Origin: a virus
Taxonomy: Duplodnaviria > Caudoviricetes
IMG/VR virus record: IMGVR_UViG_3300027640_000015
Location: 1-31,908 of that record
DNA length: 31,908 nucleotides
Reading direction: 5' to 3' (one strand)
Shown here: one piece after another, positions 8,812-18,020 of the stretch
Position numbering within the stretch: position 1 is the stretch's first letter
Layout of the letters: the number at the start of each line of letters is the position of its first letter
Program-made: the position numbers and the translations under genes
Notes under the pieces: generated by a model
Database searches by the model: none
Told to the model about the DNA's origin: nothing
What the model saw: the letters and a program-made list of their open reading frames with translations, nothing else

Positions 8812-9437
8812 CGGCGGAGTTCCAGTAGTGGGATGGAGGTGATCGAGCCCAGCCGCTCAAGATCGAGCGTCACGTCGAGGACGTCGCTGTCGAAGCGGAC
8901 CGGCACGTCGAACTCGAAGCCTGCGGTGATCGCGACGCCGGAACCCGGCGCGGTGTTGAAGATGATAACGCCGGTCGTGGCATCGACCGACCAGCCGGAG
9001 AGCTGCTCCACCCCACCAAGCGCGATCCGCACACTACTTGCCACCGGCTTCGCGATGGCGCGCGTCCATGATTGCGCGCCGGAGGCGTAGCGCTTGACCA
9101 GCTGGAATGACGTCATCGCGCCATCGCCGGTGCCAATCGCCTGATCGGTGGGAGACGGTGTGCCCGAGGGCAAACAAGACTTGTGGTCGCCCCAATCCTT
9201 GAACCGGAAGCCATGCAGCCGCCCGTTTCGTGCTTCAAAGAAGGCAACGACCGCCGCAAGATCATCAGCGCGGCGGATACCGTAGGCGACGTCGTAACGG
9301 CGGCGCGAGTTGGACCAGCTGGCGTTGCGCTCCTCGTCGCCCGATGCCAGTTCGACGATCTGGGTGCGCCGCTCCGGCCCTCCCCGTGCGCCTCGGCTGA
9401 TATTGTCGGGAAACCGGACCTCGTGAAAAGCCATCAC
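8808..9437 (-). CDS. Distal tail protein (DUF2460, RcGTA g12-like)
   Basis: FHEVRFP, GGPERRT.IV.LASG.EERN and AGFEFDVPVRFD motifs. Confidence 0.92.
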   Translation of the reverse strand: MMAFHEVRFPDNISRGARGGPERRTQIVELASGDEERNASWSNSRRRYDVAYGIRRADDLAAVVAFFEARNGRLHGFRFKDWGDHKSCLPSGTPSPTDQAIGTGDGAMTSFQLVKRYASGAQSWTRAIAKPVASSVRIALGGVEQLSGWSVDATTGVIIFNTAPGSGVAITAGFEFDVPVRFDSDVLDVTLDLERLGSITSIPLLELRR

Positions 9438-11851
9438 ATGCCCCTCCGCCCAAGCGATACGGCGCGAGCGATATCGGCGGCGACCTGCGTGCGCGATTGT
9501 CGGAAGCTTTCGGCGTCGCGGGCCATGATGGTCACGTTCACACCGCCGCCTCCGCCATAGGATTGCGCCTCACGCCGCGACAGCACACGCTCGCCCCGCT
9601 GCAGGATTGCAGGCACCTCATCGTGGCGGAGCCCTGCAACGCCGCCGGAGTGCATCCGGGGCGCAGCCGCGAACGCCATCGCCGGGACCATCCGGCTTGG
9701 TGCGGAGGCACCTACCATGCCGCCCGCATGCAAGATGCTCGCGAAAATCCCGCGGGCACCCCCAAGCGCGCCGGAGAGTGCATTGGCGATGGGCCCGAGG
9801 ATAAATCGACGTGCCGCCAGCTTGGCGAGATCGGCCAAAAGCGAGGTGACCAGATCGCGGAAATCCAGCTTGCCGGTCTTCACGAAGTCTCCGACCGCGT
9901 TCTCTGCCGACTGAAATGCACCGACCAGCGCCTGGCCGATATCCCCGCCAATCTCCCTCGCTTTGCTCGCATAATCGCTGAGAGCTGCGGTGACTGCCTG
10001 CCAGCCGGTGACGGCGGCTTCGGTGTTTGGTTCGGCGGCAGCGGCTGCTTCCCCGGCCACAGCGCCTGCACCCGTGGCCGCACGTCCGGCATCGCCAAGG
10101 GTGGTCTCCAGTTGCTCAGCCGCGTCCGTTGCTTCGGTCAGCGCGTCTGCGCCACCCTCACTGCTGCCCTGCACCGCGTCACGCAGGGCCTGCCAGCTGG
10201 CGAGTGGCGCACGCGCGCCTTCGGCCAAATCCTGCGCGGTACCGCGATAGGTATTGGCTGTGGAAAGGGCGGTATTGGCCGCTGCAGTAAGCCCAAGATC
10301 GGGAGCCGTGAGCGGATTGTCCGCAAAAGCCCGGTCGAAGGCGGATTGCGCGGCGGTGGTCGCAGCCGTCGCGGCACCCTCGAAACGGTTCTCGATCTGA
10401 CCCAGTTCGAGATCGGGGATGATCGAAATACGTCGCTCGGACCCAAGCGCTTCCAGCCCCTGGTTGATGCCGCCGATGAAGCCGTTGATGCGCGAGACCA
10501 CGCCATTCAGCATCGCCTCGACACCGTCGATCAGGCTGTTGGCCGCCTGAAACGCCAGATCGCCGATGGCCGCCGGGAGCATGCCCCAGATCGCCTTGAT
10601 CGCCTCATAGGCTCCCTCAAACGTGTTCGCAGCCGTGTTGCCGAAAGCTACGACGCTCTCGATGGCGCTCTGCATGCCGGAGGCCGCATCCGCCTTCAGA
10701 TCGAAGAACATCGCCGTGGCCGCAGCTCCCGCTGCAGCAGCCCCCATCTTGATGCGGTCCCAGACATCGACCGCGAGGTCCTTCAGAAGGGACATTGCCT
10801 CGCCGAACCCGCCCGCGCCAGAAACGAGACGGGTGAACTGATAAACGAGTTCACCCGCACCGACGATCAGCGCCCCAATGCCGGTTCGGATCAGGGCCCC
10901 ACGAAGCAGGACCAGCGCCGTGGCAAGCCCGCGCACGGAAAGAGCTGCAGCCGCCATCCCGGCGACCCAACGACCCGCGAGGAAGGTGGCAAAGGTTGCG
11001 GCATAGGTTGTCAACCGGCCGATATTCTCGAAGAGCCCATCGATCGCCATCCCGAGCGGCCCGGTTCGGTTGGCCACCGCCGCCATGGCATTCGCCACGG
11101 CTTCAAGCGCCGGGGCAGCAGCGACCGCCAGCTGGTTAGACAGCCCACGCCAGATCAGGCCGAGCCGCGAGATCGCGTCGTTTGTCCGCTCGATCTGGTC
11201 GGCGTCCTGTTCGGACACGACCACCCCGAAGGCGAGGACGTCCTCAGTCGCCTGGCGCAGCGTCGCGGTGTCGATCCGCGACATGGCGATGGAGCCTTCC
11301 TCGCCGAAGAGCTGGCCTGCGACCGCCGCGCGTTCTGCGGCGGGCACGAAGTTTTCGATGGCGGCGTTGATCGCCCCCACTCGCTGATCCAGAGGCAGGG
11401 AAATCAGGTCGGCAGCCGACAGCCCCAGCCGCTCCAGCGCATCGGCAGCGGGTCCGGTCCCGGCGGCGGCCTGGCTGAGGCGGCGTGTCAGATCCTTTGT
11501 CGCCTGCTCGATGCCCGACATGGAAACACCGGCCAGCTCACCCGCACGTTCGAGGGTCTGGATCGAGGCGACCGTCGTGCCAAGCGACTGCGCGAGCTTG
11601 GCCTGCGCGTCGACGGTTTGAAGCCCCGCGCGGACCATGGCCACGCCAGCGGCGGCTGCGGCCGCCACGGCGGCAGCGGCAGCCACTCCGACACGGCGGG
11701 AAAACGCCGCGAGCCGGGTGTTGGCCGCCTCCATCTCCCGGCTGAGCCGCCCGAACCCGCGCGCCCCGGCTTCACCGACACCTTCCAGCTCGGCGCGCAC
11801 CTGTCGGCCGCCGACGGCAGCAAGTCGGACAGAGACGCGCTTTTCAGCCAT
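9434..11851 (-). CDS. Tail tape measure protein
   Basis: 805 aa, Ala/Gly-rich helical; C-terminal HSGG...DEVPAILQRGERVL and FRQSRTQVAA; lies between chaperones and distal tail gene. Confidence 0.92.
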   Translation of the reverse strand: MAEKRVSVRLAAVGGRQVRAELEGVGEAGARGFGRLSREMEAANTRLAAFSRRVGVAAAAAVAAAAAAGVAMVRAGLQTVDAQAKLAQSLGTTVASIQTLERAGELAGVSMSGIEQATKDLTRRLSQAAAGTGPAADALERLGLSAADLISLPLDQRVGAINAAIENFVPAAERAAVAGQLFGEEGSIAMSRIDTATLRQATEDVLAFGVVVSEQDADQIERTNDAISRLGLIWRGLSNQLAVAAAPALEAVANAMAAVANRTGPLGMAIDGLFENIGRLTTYAATFATFLAGRWVAGMAAAALSVRGLATALVLLRGALIRTGIGALIVGAGELVYQFTRLVSGAGGFGEAMSLLKDLAVDVWDRIKMGAAAAGAAATAMFFDLKADAASGMQSAIESVVAFGNTAANTFEGAYEAIKAIWGMLPAAIGDLAFQAANSLIDGVEAMLNGVVSRINGFIGGINQGLEALGSERRISIIPDLELGQIENRFEGAATAATTAAQSAFDRAFADNPLTAPDLGLTAAANTALSTANTYRGTAQDLAEGARAPLASWQALRDAVQGSSEGGADALTEATDAAEQLETTLGDAGRAATGAGAVAGEAAAAAEPNTEAAVTGWQAVTAALSDYASKAREIGGDIGQALVGAFQSAENAVGDFVKTGKLDFRDLVTSLLADLAKLAARRFILGPIANALSGALGGARGIFASILHAGGMVGASAPSRMVPAMAFAAAPRMHSGGVAGLRHDEVPAILQRGERVLSRREAQSYGGGGGVNVTIMARDAESFRQSRTQVAADIARAVSLGRRGM

Positions 11852-12170
11852 TGGATTGATCCATCTGTTCGTTGAGTTTCGCGACCATCACCACCTCGAC
11901 GACGGGCAGCAGTTCAGCTGCTGCGGCAGGTAGCATGCCGAGTGCATCGGCCAGCGCCAGTGCTGCCGACATGTCCCAGCCAATGACCGCGCCGGGCAGC
12001 ACACGCAGCTGACCGCCGAGGCGACCGACCAGGTCCCAGACCTGCCAGCCCTCGAATGTGATGGGACGGTTCAGCCGCGCCGGGCAGTCTTGGCAGGTTT
12101 GCGCACAGGCTTCGCAGTAGCGATCGCCCCCGCCGAAGGACCATTCGGCGAGAGCGCGGAGACGTTTTTT
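11844..12170 (-). CDS. Tail assembly chaperone, -1 frameshift extension (gpT-like)
   Basis: The -1 frame is open from the slippery site (KKRLRALAEWSFGGGDRYCEAC..CQDCP..WDM) to a stop overlapping the TMP start. Confidence 0.75.
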   Translation of the reverse strand, partial: KKRLRALAEWSFGGGDRYCEACAQTCQDCPARLNRPITFEGWQVWDLVGRLGGQLRVLPGAVIGWDMSAALALADALGMLPAAAAELLPVVEVVMVAKLNEQMDQSNG

Positions 12171-12508
12171 TCCTGTTCCAGCAGCAGGCCCTTGGACACA
12201 TAGGTCAGCTGGAAGGCCTCGAAGATTGGCCAAATATCCAAGAGCGCATCGATGGCTTCAGGGTACGGCTCGATTGCGTTGCCGTCGCCATCGCCGATGC
12301 CCTCCCAGGCGAGGACCGCCCGCCGCGCCAGCGCCTTGGCGAAGGCAACGGCGCGTTCCTCGTCGCTGGCCTCCTCTGGCATGCTTTCGACAACCGGATC
12401 GCTACGCGTCGCGACCATCACGGCCGTCGTCAGCGGGCGGAGTTGCACCCGCACGCCGGGCACAAGGTCATGCCAGCGGGGCGCGTTCGTCAGATCGAGA
12501 GTGAGCAT
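12071..12508 (-). CDS. Tail assembly chaperone (gpG-like)
   Basis: ATG overlaps the tube stop (TGATG); VLAWEGIGD.DG motif; ..EQEKN slippery site. Confidence 0.82.
   Translation of the reverse strand: MLTLDLTNAPRWHDLVPGVRVQLRPLTTAVMVATRSDPVVESMPEEASDEERAVAFAKALARRAVLAWEGIGDGDGNAIEPYPEAIDALLDIWPIFEAFQLTYVSKGLLLEQEKNVSALSPNGPSAGAIATAKPVRKPAKTARRG
12164..12170 (-). other. Programmed -1 ribosomal frameshift heptamer A AAA AAC
   Basis: CAG GAA AAA AAC in the chaperone frame gives an X XXY YYZ heptamer at the canonical G/GT position. Confidence 0.8.
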
Positions 12509-13446
12509 CAGTAGGTCTCCACATCGTTCAAAAGGGTCGCCGTGCACATCCGCCCGACCGTGCTGTCGCGGGCGGCTTGCCAGTCGAAAGTGGCCTGCAC
12601 GCCCTGCGGCCCGGAAATCTCGATCCGGGGGCGCGGCAGGTAAACGGCGTGCACGGTGAAGGTGAAGCTCTCACCAGAGGGCAGCACATAGGCGAACTCA
12701 AGCTCGCAGGGATCGCCATTGATTGCCTGCGTCACCAGCGTCTGGTCTGCGAAGCGGACCTCGATGGAGCCGGTCAGCGCGGCAATAGACGGGTCTGCTC
12801 CATCAATGCGGCCGTCCGAACGGATCGTCTCGATGCGGTCGAGGTTGTTGGCATAGGTGATGTCGGCTGAAACCACATTGCCGAGGGCCGATCCGTTTCG
12901 CGTGATCGCTCCGTTGAAATGGCCGAAACGCTGCAATTCGAGCGCCGCTGGCGTGCCTGCACTTGTCGTTGTGCCTACGGTCTCACCCTGCGCCACGAGC
13001 CGGGCCGTTGCGGTCAGCAGACCGGAGCGCTGCATCTGCCAGTTGATCTGGTCGAGAACGCAGCCGGAATACATCGCATAGCGCGGCACCTCGGGCATGC
13101 CGGTCTCGATGGACATACTTGGCAACGTCCAGGCCCCCGACTGAAACTCGTGGGTCCAGGGGCCGGTGCCTGTCGTGGTCGGGTCGCCAAAGGCAGCTTT
13201 CAACCAGAACCCGAAGGCCTCGGCGTCAAGCGGCACGACAACATCGCCGTCGGCCGTCACCGCATCCTTGATCGGCGCCAGAGGATCCCGGTCGTAGCCC
13301 AGAAGTTCCGAGTTCAGCAGCGGCTGCTCCGCCCCCAGCGATGTGCTGGCGAAGGGCATTTTCGTGAAGCCGCCCACGGGGGGCGTTCCATAGGTTGTCT
13401 CGAACGCAAGCGCCATCTGCGCCCGCGCCCCTTGGGCTCGTGCCAT
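12508..13446 (-). CDS. Major tail tube protein
   Basis: 312 aa, beta-rich, MARAQGARAQMALAFET.YG start, GAGGAG RBS; lies between terminator and chaperone. Confidence 0.88.
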   Translation of the reverse strand: MARAQGARAQMALAFETTYGTPPVGGFTKMPFASTSLGAEQPLLNSELLGYDRDPLAPIKDAVTADGDVVVPLDAEAFGFWLKAAFGDPTTTGTGPWTHEFQSGAWTLPSMSIETGMPEVPRYAMYSGCVLDQINWQMQRSGLLTATARLVAQGETVGTTTSAGTPAALELQRFGHFNGAITRNGSALGNVVSADITYANNLDRIETIRSDGRIDGADPSIAALTGSIEVRFADQTLVTQAINGDPCELEFAYVLPSGESFTFTVHAVYLPRPRIEISGPQGVQATFDWQAARDSTVGRMCTATLLNDVETY

Positions 13447-13470
13447 CGTGTTCTCCTCGGGTTGTCGGGA

Positions 13471-13890
13471 TCAGCTGAGTGGATCAGCAGTTGAATAGTG
13501 CAGCAAAATCGCAATGACGGCGGCCTTTAGAATTGCCGCGCCCTCGACCGGCAGATCGACCGGTCGGGGTGCTTCGGCCTCGGCCCAGTCACAGAGGCCG
13601 CCAAGTGTGCGGTCGGCGGCAATGGCCGCGCCAATGCTGGCGCACAGCGTATCGAACGAGGCATCGCGGTCGGCACCCTGCACGACTGCTTCGATCTCGG
13701 CGCGGTGCTGGTAGTGGTAGCGCAGCGGCGACAGCGTCACCCCGGGCTCCCCCGGCTCGCCATCGCGCAAGATCAGCAGGCCCTCGGCCGGGACGCGCTC
13801 AGGCAGCACCTCACTGCGCAAGGCGGTGGCGGGCAACGCCGAGATCCGCGCGTGTAGCGCGGTGAGGATGGTTTCGCGGGGGGTCGGCAT
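13471..13890 (-). CDS. Tail terminator / completion protein
   Basis: 139 aa, MPTPRETIL..L and ADRTLGGLCDW motifs; immediately upstream of the tube gene. Confidence 0.75.
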   Translation of the reverse strand: MPTPRETILTALHARISALPATALRSEVLPERVPAEGLLILRDGEPGEPGVTLSPLRYHYQHRAEIEAVVQGADRDASFDTLCASIGAAIAADRTLGGLCDWAEAEAPRPVDLPVEGAAILKAAVIAILLHYSTADPLS

Positions 13891-13974
13891 CTATTTCTCC
13901 AGCGATGAGTCCTTATTGATTGACCCAGCCGCGTTACTCGACAACGTTTCCATAAAGAATTGAGGCAGTTTTCT

Positions 13975-14604
13975 ATGTCAGCAGCACTTACCAAGTTCTC
14001 AGAGCAACTCGTGCTCGTAGATCAACTGATTTCTATTCATGGGAAATTGCAGACCGGAAGAGGAAGACGTCACGAACAGGACGCGCTTCACCGCGCTGGT
14101 GTTGTCCTTACCGTTGCTGCTTGGCAGGCATATAATGAAAAGGTGCTGCTAGAGGCCCTAGCTGCTATTGCTGCAAACCTTCAAGATCCAGCAGCCGCCG
14201 CTCCAAGTTGGGCACTCCAGACATTCAACATGAGACGCGCGCAACTAGCCAGCTCGGTCAAGAAATTCAACACTCCGAACGATGTCAACACTCGTGATCT
14301 CTACCTTGATTCACTTGGTTTCAATCCTTGGCCCTCTTGGGAATGGCGACAAGGCCGTCGACAATGGGACGCTGATGAAGTGCGACGGCGCACTAACACA
14401 TGGGTCCTGGTTCGCCACTCAATTGCGCACGGGTTCGAATTGCCAAATAATGTTCCTTGGCTACGGGGCGAAAATGCAGACGCGCGATTGACCCTAGGAT
14501 TATTGAAAGAATGCCGCGCCCACTTTGTACATCTAACATCTAAAATAGACGCGGCATTCAGCGATCATCTAGTCATGGATCACAACTTACCAAGACCGTG
14601 GTAG
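13975..14604 (+). CDS. HEPN-domain protein (RiboL-PSP-HEPN-like), putative RNase toxin / anti-phage moron
   Basis: Rx4H motif RHSIAH, N-terminal VVLTVAAWQAY helix and FNTP motif; GAGG RBS; visibly lower GC; opposite strand to flanking genes. Confidence 0.82.
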   Translation: MSAALTKFSEQLVLVDQLISIHGKLQTGRGRRHEQDALHRAGVVLTVAAWQAYNEKVLLEALAAIAANLQDPAAAAPSWALQTFNMRRAQLASSVKKFNTPNDVNTRDLYLDSLGFNPWPSWEWRQGRRQWDADEVRRRTNTWVLVRHSIAHGFELPNNVPWLRGENADARLTLGLLKECRAHFVHLTSKIDAAFSDHLVMDHNLPRPW

Positions 14605-14610
14605 TAATAC

Positions 14611-15240
14611 TCAAAGCCTTTCCTCCACCCAGTTCGACACAATCAGCCTAGGTACGCTGTCCAGCGCTTGCTCTGCGTCGCGGTCGAGGTTCAGCCGCTT
14701 CGGCAACTTAACCTGCGGCACCAGAAGGAAGATCGGCGCGGTCACCTTGCCTCGGCCGGTCTTTGAACGTGACACCACCGCCTGTCCCTTGGTGTTCAGC
14801 CGCCCCTCGGCCACCAGCAGGCTCGGGCCCGTCCGGCGATAAACGAAGCGCAGGCGCAGGCCGCGTCGCCGCTCCCATTCACCCGGCGTGATCCGGCCGC
14901 CGCGCGTGGATTTGCCTGCAGCAGGCAGCGGGATCACAAGCCAGAACCCATCTTTCGAGCGGATCAGCGGGCCGGTGTCATGCGCGCCGACGATGACCGG
15001 GGCTTTGGACCAGACCAGCGCAGCCGCATCGAGGCTTTCGCCCGACCTCGGGAAGTTCTGGTTGCGGATCGAGTTGGCGAGCCGCCGTCCGAGCCCCGCG
15101 CCAGTGATCTGTGTGCGCCAGGCAGTCTTGAGCCCGCTCCCGGCCTCGCGCATGGCAGCTGTCACCGCCAGTTCGCCCGCCGCGACCTCCGCTGCCATCA
15201 TGGCCACGATGTCGGGATTTATGTCGAGCTTCAGTTTCAC
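14611..15240 (-). CDS. Neck / tail completion protein (DUF6441-like)
   Basis: Basic 209-aa protein, AGLGRRLANSIR and PIFLLVPQVKL.KRL; between head closure and terminator genes. Confidence 0.75.
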   Translation of the reverse strand: MKLKLDINPDIVAMMAAEVAAGELAVTAAMREAGSGLKTAWRTQITGAGLGRRLANSIRNQNFPRSGESLDAAALVWSKAPVIVGAHDTGPLIRSKDGFWLVIPLPAAGKSTRGGRITPGEWERRRGLRLRFVYRRTGPSLLVAEGRLNTKGQAVVSRSKTGRGKVTAPIFLLVPQVKLPKRLNLDRDAEQALDSVPRLIVSNWVEERL

Positions 15241-15548
15241 GCGGGCCTCAGATCGACGGTCAAGACCAATCGTTCCCGGTCACGAACAGGCTCCCCCTGA
15301 ATGAGGAAGGCATCTCCGTCGATTTCCAAGCGGTCACCCGGACGCGGGGCCGGAACCTCCGCGACGCGCAGGTCGACCCGAGTCGTTTCCGACCAGAGCC
15401 GGGCATCGCCGAAGTCGGAAATGGCGTCGGCCTGCCGGGAGACGACGCGCACCAGTACGGGCGTGCCGCCATCGGAGGTGTAGACTCCCTCTCGCCCGAT
15501 GTTGGGATCCGCGAACAGCGCATCCACAATGGCGGCAAACGCCGTCAT
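15237..15548 (-). CDS. Head-tail joining / head closure protein (gpFII-like)
   Basis: 103 aa, P.PGDRLEIDG..F.I.GEP beta-barrel pattern; synteny. Confidence 0.78.
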   Translation of the reverse strand: MTAFAAIVDALFADPNIGREGVYTSDGGTPVLVRVVSRQADAISDFGDARLWSETTRVDLRVAEVPAPRPGDRLEIDGDAFLIQGEPVRDRERLVLTVDLRPA

Positions 15549-15883
15549 CAGAAGCTCGCGTTCAGGCGCACCCGGCCGATCAGGTCGCCAGCGCCGCCCG
15601 CAACGGCTTCGGTGGCCACGCCGATCAGCGTATTCGCCGTGGCGGTCTTAGTGGCTTCCTTGTTGGTGTTGTCCCAATAGACTTTGTCGCCTGCGGACCA
15701 GGCTTGAGATGCGACCTTGTTCAGGTCGAAGACGCCGACAAGCGCAGCCTCGACCGTTTCGGCATTGGCAGCATCCCCGGCGGCCACGCCGAAGATGGAG
15801 CCGACGAGCAGGCCGTCGCCGGAGGTCACGGCATAGGGCGCAGTCAGGGTGATGGTTTTGCCGGGCTGGACGTAGTTTTTCAT
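15548..15883 (-). CDS. Capsid cement/decoration protein (DUF2190-like)
   Basis: MKNYVQPG..I, GVF.L.K, GDKVYWD and RVRLN motifs; follows the capsid gene. Confidence 0.88.
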   Translation of the reverse strand: MKNYVQPGKTITLTAPYAVTSGDGLLVGSIFGVAAGDAANAETVEAALVGVFDLNKVASQAWSAGDKVYWDNTNKEATKTATANTLIGVATEAVAGGAGDLIGRVRLNASF

Positions 15884-15906
15884 TGCGGGTTCCTTTGCAA
15901 ACAGGA

Positions 15907-15932
15907 ACGGGCGGCCCGATTGGACCGCCCGT
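15907..15932 (-). terminator. Stem-loop after capsid gene (weak terminator / mRNA stabiliser)
   Basis: ACGGGCGG (15907-15914)/CCGCCCGT (15925-15932); poor U-tract. Confidence 0.55.
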
Positions 15933-15960
15933 CAGAGGTGAGATGTCTGGAATGGCTCGG

Positions 15961-18015
15961 TTATGCGCCCGGGTTCTTGTAGAGACCGCGCCAGTCGATG
16001 GCTTTTGCACCGAAATCGAGGCGGCACTTGATCTCGACGCCATCGACGTCGAAGCCGTTGCGGGTCTCGATGTACGCGCCCTGCTGGCCCTCGAGATAGG
16101 CGTATTCGATGGTGTCGATCTGGTTCGGGCTTGCCGCCAGATACCAGGCGGTTTCGCTCACGGCATCAAGCCGGGGCTCCGAGATCGGGGCCAGCGTCCG
16201 GATCGATTGCGGCACCACGTTCGCGGTCGCGGCGGGCACTAGGTTTTGGGCGACCATCTGCTCGGCCTTCAGTTCCAGCGACGCGGGAACGATCAGGAAA
16301 GCGGGCCGGACGTTCAGCACCGTCTTCTTGTCGAGGCCGGTCTGCTTGGCCATGGCAGCCCGGGCAGCGCCTACCGCCTCGACGGCCAGCGCCGCGCCGG
16401 TCCCTGCGAGGTTCTTGTGGGTGGTGTGGAAGAGCGCGTTGCCATCGGCCATCGCCGGGTTGGCGGTGATGATGCCCCAGACCACGTCCGACTCGAGCTG
16501 CGCGATGGAGTTGCCGTACATCGCCGGGATCCGGGTGAAGGCGTCGAGATCATCGTTAATCAGCGTTTGGCGGGTGATCGCGACCACCCGGCCATAGGTC
16601 TTGACCTTGTAGCTCTCTTTGCTCTCGCCGAGCGTGCCGCGCTTGAATTCACCGCTCTCGCCGACCTCCAGCAGTTGCGGAGCTTCGCCAAGCTGCACCC
16701 GATGCATCGCCTTGAAATCGGTGGCGAGAACCTGGCGGCAGAACAGCATGAAGGTCCGGGGATAGGCCTCATAGGCCTGCCGCAGGGTCTTGTTGGTGAC
16801 CGCCGACAGGATCTCGGGGAAGTCCGAGGTCGAATGCAAGGCCCGCGTTGCCACCTCGTCGCGCGACAGGCCGCGCGTATTGACCCCGGCATTTCCGAGG
16901 CTTTCGCGGGCCAGTTCCATGAGCGTCATGCCGCGATACTGGCGGGCGGCATCTTCCAGAGTGAAGAGCGTCGGGCTGTAGCGGTGCAGGAGTGCGTTGG
17001 CCACGGCGTCACGGCGGGTGATCTGCTCGTCACGGCCACCCAATGGGATCGACACCTGGCTGAAGGTGCGGGTTTCCTCGGACGTGGCGGCCACCTGATC
17101 GAGGATCAGACGGCGGGCCTCATCCACGTCGGTGCCACGTTTCACAAGTTCCTCGGCGAAGCTGCGCTTGAGGTTCAGTCGGCCCGCCAAATCATAGATC
17201 GTGGAGACGCGGTCGCGTTCGATCTCGCGGGCCCGGGTCGCGACGGCTTCGGTATCGGGCGCGGCCGCAGTGTCGGCCTTCTGCGGCTTCGGCTGCGCGC
17301 GGGTCTCAACGGCAGCGACCTTCGGTTCGGCCACAGGCGTCTTGGGTTCAGTCATGGTGGTGTCCTCGGTCGCGACTGTGTCGCTGGGCTTGTCTTTGGC
17401 CTCTGCGGCCGGGGCGTTGGGTTTGTCCGTCATCGGGATGGCTCCTGTACTGGTGGGTGGGACGTCCCGGCGTTGAAGGACGCAAGTTGCAAGGTCGGAT
17501 TGGGCGCGGAAGCCCGCAGCGGGATCGGCGCCAACTGGCACGGCGGACACCTCGAAGGGCGTCCAGTCGACAGCTCGCCAGAGTTCTCGGGCGGCTTCAG
17601 GTTTCGAGACCTCAAAACGGTGAACCTGATAGCCGATGGAGACCGCGCGGATGTGCCCCGCCTGGATATCGCGCCAGATCGGTTCGACATCTGCGCGCTC
17701 AGAAATCCGGACCTGAGCAATGCCGCGACCATTTTCGATGCGGGCAGACCCCGGCACGACCGAGCCGATCACGGCATCCAGCGTGTCGATCTCGTGCACC
17801 TTCAGAAACGGCGCGCCCGCATTCAGCCGATCCAGCCGCACATGGGTCGGGTCGAGGCTGAGCTCTTCTTCATAGGGCTCGCCAAACAAGGTCGACCGGC
17901 GAACCCGCGCCCCCGCCGACCAGATCACCTCGACGGTGCGGGCGTCGGTATCGGCTGAGTTCGGCGCAAGCTCCGCCGACCGGCGCAAGGCCGGGATTTC
18001 GATCATCGTGTCCAT
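15961..18015 (-). CDS. Prohead protease - major capsid protein fusion
   Basis: N-terminal protease (PFLKVH, VSIGY, EVSAVPVGAD), low-complexity linker, capsid domain (HSTSDF, INDDL, DFGAKAIDWRG). Confidence 0.93.
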   Translation of the reverse strand: MDTMIEIPALRRSAELAPNSADTDARTVEVIWSAGARVRRSTLFGEPYEEELSLDPTHVRLDRLNAGAPFLKVHEIDTLDAVIGSVVPGSARIENGRGIAQVRISERADVEPIWRDIQAGHIRAVSIGYQVHRFEVSKPEAARELWRAVDWTPFEVSAVPVGADPAAGFRAQSDLATCVLQRRDVPPTSTGAIPMTDKPNAPAAEAKDKPSDTVATEDTTMTEPKTPVAEPKVAAVETRAQPKPQKADTAAAPDTEAVATRAREIERDRVSTIYDLAGRLNLKRSFAEELVKRGTDVDEARRLILDQVAATSEETRTFSQVSIPLGGRDEQITRRDAVANALLHRYSPTLFTLEDAARQYRGMTLMELARESLGNAGVNTRGLSRDEVATRALHSTSDFPEILSAVTNKTLRQAYEAYPRTFMLFCRQVLATDFKAMHRVQLGEAPQLLEVGESGEFKRGTLGESKESYKVKTYGRVVAITRQTLINDDLDAFTRIPAMYGNSIAQLESDVVWGIITANPAMADGNALFHTTHKNLAGTGAALAVEAVGAARAAMAKQTGLDKKTVLNVRPAFLIVPASLELKAEQMVAQNLVPAATANVVPQSIRTLAPISEPRLDAVSETAWYLAASPNQIDTIEYAYLEGQQGAYIETRNGFDVDGVEIKCRLDFGAKAIDWRGLYKNPGA

Positions 18016-18020
18016 GTTGG

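Noticed and set aside
3518-9437. A bona fide gene transfer agent cluster
   Set aside because: Head genes are lambda/GpA type, the tape measure is long and a lysis cassette is attached, so this is a prophage with GTA-like tail genes.
1693-11875. Long plus-strand ORFs (1693..3534, 3494..5680, 5789..6742, 9497..11875)
   Set aside because: Antisense shadows of recognisable phage genes, expected in high-GC DNA.
16246-17958. 570-aa plus-strand ORF
   Set aside because: Shadow of the capsid gene.
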